A program made the position numbers and the translations under genes. Below, one piece after another: positions 57,903-64,000 of a DNA stretch of 64,000 nt; the stretch's first letter is position 1, and every line of letters starts with the position of its first letter. The stretch lies in the sequence record NC_004629.1. One strand, written 5' to 3'. The notes below the pieces were generated by a model that was not told the DNA's origin, did not search any database, and was given only the letters and a program-made list of their open reading frames with translations.

Positions 57903-57940
57903 ATATTTCGGTGCTTACTCTCGAAGTAGGCACCGATATG
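57903..57940 (+). terminator. terminator-like hairpin
   Basis: tcggtgcttac...gtaggcaccga after gp67. Confidence 0.6.
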
Positions 57941-57966
57941 CCCTCAGTACTAAATGCCGTTATACT

Positions 57967-57991
57967 AAAAAAAATTTGAGATCTATATTAC
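57967..57991 (+). promoter_or_regulatory. early promoter
   Basis: aaaaaaaatttgagatcTATATTAC (core 57984-57991), nearly identical to the chimallin promoter. Confidence 0.85.
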
Positions 57992-58024
57992 TAACATGTA
58001 TCTACATTGGTAAAAGAGGTTAAA

Positions 58025-59590
58025 ATGCAAATCATCGTTACAGGAGTTCAAGGTACTGGTTTTACTGAAGTGGCTACAGAACACAATGGTAAACGTTTAA
58101 CTTGGACAACTACGGCTTATAGTAAAATTCGTGTACAAGATCAACAACGAGTATTCCAAGAAATCAATGATTATTGGAGTGGCCTAAGTGCTGAGGCACA
58201 ACAACATATCTGGAATTGTTATGTAGAAATTCGTAAGATCATGGATATGGCCATGGATCCGATGAGGATTGCAATGAGTCTATCCTATTACATCAAAGAG
58301 ATGTATAAAGCCATGCCGATGAATAGTTTTCGGCGATGGCTACTAACTATTGGTAAACTTTATATTCCAGTAGATATTGAAGAAGTTATCACTGATGATT
58401 CACGATATAATCGACCAGATCAAACATATCTGAAACATGACTATATTAACCTTGCATCTGTATCACTAGCTCTTCGTCCTTTAGTACCTATTTGGGGCGA
58501 GTTTATTGATCAGGGCACTTCTCAGGAAATGCATAAAGAGTGTGAAGTAATTAGTCTCATCTCGGATTGTGAGGTTAACCATTGGCCTGTTGATGAAATA
58601 TCAATTGATGGAACTCCAGTAGAAACAGCTTATGATAAGCTAAGTGCATATGTTAAGTTTTGTGTAGAAGATGAAGCACCCACCTTAGCCAACCTTTATA
58701 GAGGTATGAGTTCAGCTGAAGTGCCGGATATCTTACAGGCTAAAGTTATGGTTAGGCGATTAACCATCCTACCATTAAACGATGCCACCTCACATTCCAT
58801 CGTTTCAAATATGTTTAGATATGTTAAGTCAAATCTAAACCCTGCTGAACGATCAACTGCTGACCGGGTTAATGATAAACGGCCAGATAAAGGTGGTATT
58901 GATGATGATGATAAAACATCATTTATCGAATCGCATAAAACTAAACAACGAGTTACTCCTGGTGATATTGTAGCTTATAACTTAGATGCTCTTGATGTAG
59001 TTAAACTGGTTCACAAAATCGATGACACTGTCCCAGTAGAGTTAATTCAGGAATGTCTAGATTGCGTTGCAGTTACAGCTACTAAAGATATCTATCCACA
59101 CCAGATATTACTTGCACAATGGGTGATGCACAAAGCTTTCCCTGCAAGAGCATTCAGCCACATTAATAAAAATGCAGTTAACCATTTGTTGGCAGCAGCT
59201 CAGTCACTAATGTGGCATTGGGGTTTCCAACAAGTTGCTGTATTTATGCAAGTAGAGTTGTATTATAGTGGTGAACATGCAATGTCCATTCAACCACGTA
59301 ATAGCACACGTATTCAAATTAAATATAAGGACGTAATGGATGAGCTTTATCCACATCAACGACAACAGCGAGCTATTAATGGTGTTCCAGTAGCACCTGT
59401 AAATATTGCGGGCATTGCTGTGCAATCTGCACATGCATCCATTAGATCTAGTAACTGGATCTATCATGGACCCGATCGTTTATTCAAAGAAGCAGAACAG
59501 GTAACTCAGAATAAAGTCCTTGTTGTACCGGCCACAATTAAGTCGGTGATCACCGAACTGGTAATTCATCTGGGTAAACTTAATCAGTAA
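58025..59590 (+). CDS. non-virion RNA polymerase specificity subunit (gp68, sigma-like)
   Basis: GAGGT SD with ATG 58025 gives 521 aa; position between ChmC and PicA. Confidence 0.8.
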   Translation: MQIIVTGVQGTGFTEVATEHNGKRLTWTTTAYSKIRVQDQQRVFQEINDYWSGLSAEAQQHIWNCYVEIRKIMDMAMDPMRIAMSLSYYIKEMYKAMPMNSFRRWLLTIGKLYIPVDIEEVITDDSRYNRPDQTYLKHDYINLASVSLALRPLVPIWGEFIDQGTSQEMHKECEVISLISDCEVNHWPVDEISIDGTPVETAYDKLSAYVKFCVEDEAPTLANLYRGMSSAEVPDILQAKVMVRRLTILPLNDATSHSIVSNMFRYVKSNLNPAERSTADRVNDKRPDKGGIDDDDKTSFIESHKTKQRVTPGDIVAYNLDALDVVKLVHKIDDTVPVELIQECLDCVAVTATKDIYPHQILLAQWVMHKAFPARAFSHINKNAVNHLLAAAQSLMWHWGFQQVAVFMQVELYYSGEHAMSIQPRNSTRIQIKYKDVMDELYPHQRQQRAINGVPVAPVNIAGIAVQSAHASIRSSNWIYHGPDRLFKEAEQVTQNKVLVVPATIKSVITELVIHLGKLNQ

Positions 59591-59606
59591 TAATTGAGGT
59601 AGTTCT

Positions 59607-61280
59607 ATGTTAGGTTTTAATAATTCAGCAATGGGTGGTAATACTGAAGTACAGATTGAATCATTCATTCTAGTACAGACTGGTACTTATCAACCTGAGC
59701 ATGTTCGACCATTTACGGTAGAGGTCACTGAGAACTCTATTGAACGTTTAAAAGAAGCAACTAATGACGGTCGTAATCTAGGTGTTGCAGCTGTGCAGCA
59801 AATTGCAGCTGATGTGATTGCACCACGTGCTCAAACTCAAGGTGAAGTCCCTATCGTCAATGGTTGGGGTGAGCGCCGGTTTAGGTTCATGATGAAAGTA
59901 TGGGAGAATAACCGTTTCTTTGGTAATACCCGTACTTGCCGGATTCTATTTGGTTGCTCTGACCATTGCTCTATTAGTCCGCTTAGCAGTAGTCTAGATC
60001 CTAACATGCGTATCTATTTTAATAGTGAAACTGTTATTGTAGAGCGCCAACGACCAACTGAGTTCGGTGTAGTCAAACAAGCACATATCCTAGGTTCTAA
60101 CCAGATCCTTGCACCCGTTGATATCATGAGTGATATTACTATCCCTCAGAACGGGTTTAGCATGTATACTGGAACTTCATCATATCTTCAACGACCGGAA
60201 GATGTTTTCCAGATCCAGCAAACGATGCAAGTAGCTAAACGCATTGAATCAACTGGACTACATCAAGGCGTATTTGACCGGATCATTGATCAACGCTCCA
60301 GTGTTGGTGAAGCAGGTACTTTCCAATATTCAAATCGCCGCGATACTTCTCCTACTCGTTATCTATCTAGTACTCTTAATGCATGGCAGCATTCTGTTAA
60401 AGAAGCTGAGATGGCTAATAATGATAACGATAATATCTTTGGAGGTGTCTCTGATGAAGTGATGCTAGGTGATGCATCTGCTGTACTTCGAAATCAAGAT
60501 ATCCATTCCAATATGTTCATGCGCATTCTAAAAGAACGCTGCAATTACATGGAACGTGGCTTTGTTACACTGGCTGACCTACAACGAGTATTCCCTGAAC
60601 TACTGGTTGATGGTGTAGTTAAAGCTGGTATGGATAATGGTAATTCTCAACGCTTCGTTAACCGAGCAGAGCATTCCATGCATTGGGGTGGTGCAGATCA
60701 TCACACTGTTGCAGCATCGCTACTTGCACAAGTAGTTCCAGCAATCATGATGGATAACTATTTCCGGGTAACCTCCTTTGCAATTACAAATGGACATGGA
60801 GCTAATAACTATCTATTCGAAATGCATCCAAATGGTACCAGGAGTATCATGGATGGAATTGATATGACTCCACAGATCAATGACTTTGAACGTCGTCTTA
60901 TTACCGATGCGATTAACAGTATCTCTTATGGTAACCAGATTCCGTTTAAAATCTCCATGCACTCTGACTTAGCTGGTGATACTGTTATTGATATCAGTCT
61001 AAATCATGAATCGGTAGAACGATTCATCGCACCGACCTTCATTGATAGTCTGTTTAGTCCAGTCATCACTCGGGATGCATCAGCACCGGCTATGATCTCT
61101 AATGACCTTACCTATCTTGTTAAGAATGTTATCCCCACTAAGACTCAACAAAACATTCTAAACAGTAGTGGTCAGCCGGTTAACATGCAACCGTATCAGC
61201 ATCCTGTAGCTCAACCTGCTCAAATCAATCCTAAATTTGGTGATAACAATGCCTACGATTTCTCTTTCCAAGTTCTATAG
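59607..61280 (+). CDS. picA: PicA/Imp1 phage-nucleus protein import factor (gp69)
   Basis: 557 aa; conserved gp68-gp69-gp70 order. Confidence 0.75.
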   Translation: MLGFNNSAMGGNTEVQIESFILVQTGTYQPEHVRPFTVEVTENSIERLKEATNDGRNLGVAAVQQIAADVIAPRAQTQGEVPIVNGWGERRFRFMMKVWENNRFFGNTRTCRILFGCSDHCSISPLSSSLDPNMRIYFNSETVIVERQRPTEFGVVKQAHILGSNQILAPVDIMSDITIPQNGFSMYTGTSSYLQRPEDVFQIQQTMQVAKRIESTGLHQGVFDRIIDQRSSVGEAGTFQYSNRRDTSPTRYLSSTLNAWQHSVKEAEMANNDNDNIFGGVSDEVMLGDASAVLRNQDIHSNMFMRILKERCNYMERGFVTLADLQRVFPELLVDGVVKAGMDNGNSQRFVNRAEHSMHWGGADHHTVAASLLAQVVPAIMMDNYFRVTSFAITNGHGANNYLFEMHPNGTRSIMDGIDMTPQINDFERRLITDAINSISYGNQIPFKISMHSDLAGDTVIDISLNHESVERFIAPTFIDSLFSPVITRDASAPAMISNDLTYLVKNVIPTKTQQNILNSSGQPVNMQPYQHPVAQPAQINPKFGDNNAYDFSFQVL

Positions 61281-62628
61281 TGATCAAGTATTACCTGCTT
61301 TCCGATACAAAGTAGGTGAAGAGGATATGATCAGTATTCTCGATCCACTTGGTCGACCTGCACCTGCAAAGGTAGATGGTAAGCGACTAGTGGTACCTAC
61401 TAAAGATTGGCTTCGTAAAGGGCTAGGCGATGATTACATCGCCTTCCACCCGCTATCTGAAAAGATCTCTCGGCTAGGTACTTCTCAAGTACTACAGCAT
61501 ATGCAGCGTCAAGTTAAGGCTAATCTAATGTTTACTGTGAAGTATCTTACTTCACGTATTTTAGAAGTAGCTGCCGACTCCACTCTGCATAAAGACATTC
61601 CGCCAGAATGTTCAGACTTCCTAAAGAAACTATCCGGTGCTAAGCCAGATACCATTGAGTGGTTTAATAAGGTTGTCAAAGCTGCTGAAAAACGCTCACG
61701 TTTTGTAAGCGTGTATCTAAAAGCAAATGGTAAATTTGATGGGAAGACAGTTAACCGTATCTGCGTTATTCGGTTCCCTATCGTAGAGGATCTTTATTCT
61801 AAAGATGATATCCTTGGAGTAAATGTACCTAAGAAACAGCGGCCAGTTCTAATTGAACTATTTAAACTGGTTGTACCATTTGGTGATTCACCAACTGAAT
61901 ATTCAGCAGGAACTGTTGAGCGGGTAGCACCTTATTTTGTATGTCTTATCCAGGCATTTAACAAAATCACTACTCAACTAAATAGTGTTATTGATAAGTA
62001 TCGCCTGATCTTCGATGATGCTATTCAACCTTATTCAAAAGTTGATGAGAAGGTGATTGCTGATTTTGCAAAGATGCAACGTGAGATCCCCTCTCTTGAT
62101 GGTAATGAAGGAGTCAGCAATGAAGTAGAAGAAGAAGCTTCTGAAACTGTAAACCCAGTTGCCCAAATTCCTGTCCAGAAAAAGGATAGTGTAGTTAAAG
62201 TGGGTAATACTGCTAAAGAACAAACTACTTCTACACGTGTACCAGTAGGCACAACTGTGAATGTTAATCCATCCATGAGTCAAGCTGTAGCAATGACTCA
62301 GGCACCTCAACGTCCCGCACAACAAGTTCAAACTAGCAATAAAGCATCTATCCAAGATCTTCTAAATGCTGGGCAGAAAAACCAATTTGCTCAACCAGGA
62401 ATGATGCAACAACCTGTTATGATGAACAATAACTTTGCAATGCCTGGGATGATGCAGCCGCAGCAACCAATGATGGCTAATATGCATCCGCAAATGATGC
62501 AACTCATGGGCAATCAAATGCCGATGGGTGGTGGATTTGCGCAAGCACTAAACCCCGCTCTAGCTGGTAATGGTAACACCGCGATGATGAATCTAGGTGG
62601 AAACCAAATGATGGGGCGTCTACTGTAA
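61249..62628 (+). CDS. conserved chimallivirus protein with a Met/Gln/Asn-rich C-terminal IDR (gp70)
   Basis: start MPTISL (GGTGA SD); low-complexity C-terminus. Confidence 0.75.
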   Translation: MPTISLSKFYSDQVLPAFRYKVGEEDMISILDPLGRPAPAKVDGKRLVVPTKDWLRKGLGDDYIAFHPLSEKISRLGTSQVLQHMQRQVKANLMFTVKYLTSRILEVAADSTLHKDIPPECSDFLKKLSGAKPDTIEWFNKVVKAAEKRSRFVSVYLKANGKFDGKTVNRICVIRFPIVEDLYSKDDILGVNVPKKQRPVLIELFKLVVPFGDSPTEYSAGTVERVAPYFVCLIQAFNKITTQLNSVIDKYRLIFDDAIQPYSKVDEKVIADFAKMQREIPSLDGNEGVSNEVEEEASETVNPVAQIPVQKKDSVVKVGNTAKEQTTSTRVPVGTTVNVNPSMSQAVAMTQAPQRPAQQVQTSNKASIQDLLNAGQKNQFAQPGMMQQPVMMNNNFAMPGMMQPQQPMMANMHPQMMQLMGNQMPMGGGFAQALNPALAGNGNTAMMNLGGNQMMGRLL

Positions 62629-62639
62629 TACGGCATAAA

Positions 62640-62663
62640 CCAGGGGGCCTAAGGGTCCCCTGG
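62640..62663. terminator. bidirectional terminator
   Basis: ccagggg...cccctgg between convergent genes. Confidence 0.7.
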
Positions 62664-62669
62664 CTTGCT

Positions 62670-63032
62670 TTAAAACTTTTTAGTTTGATATAGGCTAACG
62701 AGGTGCTGAATCATGTCGTTATTCGGTATGATTAAATAGCTGGTGTAATCATTAGCTGAAGGATCCCTTAGAACTTTACCAAAATCATAAGGGCTAACTA
62801 AACCATTAACACGCATTTGAATCCACCACATATCGGGATTGACACGGCGTTCTGCCATGTATCCATAAAAGTTTCCTTCGAACTGGTAATACAATTCAGG
62901 TGGAATCTGAATACGTGTGGATCTGACATTACGTAAGATATTCAAATGAGTCTCAATAATTAATCTGAACCCTGGTTCATAATAAACAGATTCACCTGAA
63001 TCTGGCTGATTAGCTAACAGTGTGAATGCCAT
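62670..63032 (-). CDS. putative baseplate wedge protein (T4 gp53-like)
   Basis: NPDMWWIQMRVNGLVSPYDF resembles the gp53 WxIxxxNxxxDP signature; late TATG 36 nt upstream. Confidence 0.55.
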   Translation of the reverse strand: MAFTLLANQPDSGESVYYEPGFRLIIETHLNILRNVRSTRIQIPPELYYQFEGNFYGYMAERRVNPDMWWIQMRVNGLVSPYDFGKVLRDPSANDYTSYLIIPNNDMIQHLVSLYQTKKF

Positions 63033-63044
63033 AATAAATTCCAA

Positions 63045-63075
63045 TAAATTTTATTTAAGATCTATATCATAGTTT
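63045..63075. promoter_or_regulatory. overlapping divergent promoter: early TATATCAT (+) and late TATG (-)
   Basis: agatctatatcatagttt at 63058-63075. Confidence 0.65.
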
Positions 63076-63100
63076 TACAATTACCCAAAAGGAGGTAGTG

Positions 63101-63271
63101 ATGAATTATGGTAATAACCATAGACACACTCAAGAAACTGTAATAGACCAACAAAAAGATTATAGATATCCACAATTTACTGAGCACAATGTGCAGATAG
63201 ATCCATATGATCGTTTCTACATTGGTGGCGTCCGTGGTATGATGTTTTTAGATGAAGTAAAAAAGAGGTGA
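63101..63271 (+). CDS. small hypothetical protein (56 aa, not in the ORF track)
   Basis: AAGGAGGT SD; MNYGNNHRHTQETVIDQQKDYRYPQF...VKKR; its 3' end carries the SD of the next gene. Confidence 0.7.
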   Translation: MNYGNNHRHTQETVIDQQKDYRYPQFTEHNVQIDPYDRFYIGGVRGMMFLDEVKKR

Positions 63272-63274
63272 AGT

Positions 63275-64000
63275 ATGTCTCAACTAGGTAGACGTGAAAT
63301 TGATCTAACTTTACTAGGTCATACTGGTTTAGATCCTTGGTATGGCACTACCTCATCTGCACGGGGTGCTATGTTTGTAACACACATTGGACAAGCACCA
63401 GAAGTAAATGGAAATGAATCGCGTTATTTCCTAACGGGTGCTGAATTAGAGTATGCCAAGTATACACATGATGTTCGTTTTCCTGAGGATTGTCGTGTAC
63501 TACATGTTCTTAGAAAATATCCAACGGGTATTGGTAAAGACAGTATTAGATCTAACCCGGTAACAACTATTATCTACGAAAACTATTTTGACAAATATAA
63601 AACTATTGGTGTCCTACATGTTCCCGAATACATGAGCCATCACCAAGACTTTGGTTATGAACTTGTAAAGAACCGAGAAGTGTGGGAAACCATTGCTCCA
63701 AATGAAATGTTCTCTAAAGACACAGTAATTGCACAGTCTGGTGCAGTTAAGAAAGATGGTACTTTAGGGATGGGTGTTAATGCTAATGTTGTATTCCTAT
63801 CTGCCGCAGGTACTATTGAAGATGGATTCGTAGCTAATAAGAATTTCCTTAAAAGGATGATGCCAACTAGTTATAGCACGGCTGTAGCTAATGCTGGTAG
63901 GAAAGCTTTCTTCTTAAACATGTATGGCGATGATAAGATCTATAAACCATTTCCAGACATTGGCGATGTTATCCGACCAGATGGTGTAATCTTCGCCATC
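63275..64000 (+). CDS. non-virion RNA polymerase beta C-terminal subunit (gp71-73), partial, runs off the window
   Basis: MSQLGRREIDL...SSARGAMF...GTIEDGF; open frame to the window end; beta-subunit-like motifs. Confidence 0.85.
   Translation, partial: MSQLGRREIDLTLLGHTGLDPWYGTTSSARGAMFVTHIGQAPEVNGNESRYFLTGAELEYAKYTHDVRFPEDCRVLHVLRKYPTGIGKDSIRSNPVTTIIYENYFDKYKTIGVLHVPEYMSHHQDFGYELVKNREVWETIAPNEMFSKDTVIAQSGAVKKDGTLGMGVNANVVFLSAAGTIEDGFVANKNFLKRMMPTSYSTAVANAGRKAFFLNMYGDDKIYKPFPDIGDVIRPDGVIFAI

Overview
This is a 64 kb segment of a nucleus-forming Pseudomonas jumbo phage, phiKZ itself or a very close Phikzvirus/Chimalliviridae relative, covering roughly phiKZ gp1 to the start of gp71. gp numbers were inferred by gene order from anchors I recognise, not by a database search. 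In order the window holds: a block of early host-takeover genes (DHFR, the ribosome-binding gp14-type protein, several small membrane proteins); a minus-strand terminase and virion module; tail sheath and tube; Dip (RNase E/degradosome inhibitor); PhuZ tubulin; a CX5R phosphatase; a tandem array of probable paralogues; one subunit of the split family-B DNA polymerase; chimallin (nuclear shell); an nvRNAP beta' subunit whose NADFDGD motif is split by a group I intron carrying an HNH homing endonuclease; an SbcD-like nuclease; ChmC; the nvRNAP gp68 subunit; PicA/Imp1; gp70; and the start of the nvRNAP beta C-terminal subunit. I found no tRNA, rRNA or CRISPR array. The most interesting unexplained signals are: (1) a ~360-nt multi-domain structured RNA directly 3' of chimallin; (2) a second ~210-nt structured RNA near 12 kb; (3) a diverged duplicate of the first 15 codons of the conserved gp59-type gene flanking an inserted promoter+ORF cassette; (4) an 18-bp element used twice as an overlapping early(+)/late(-) bidirectional promoter; (5) the homing endonuclease apparently sitting in the P1 loop of the intron; (6) an SSB-like acidic C-tail on ChmC and an L7/L12-like early protein. 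All RNA structures were paired by eye and were not computed.
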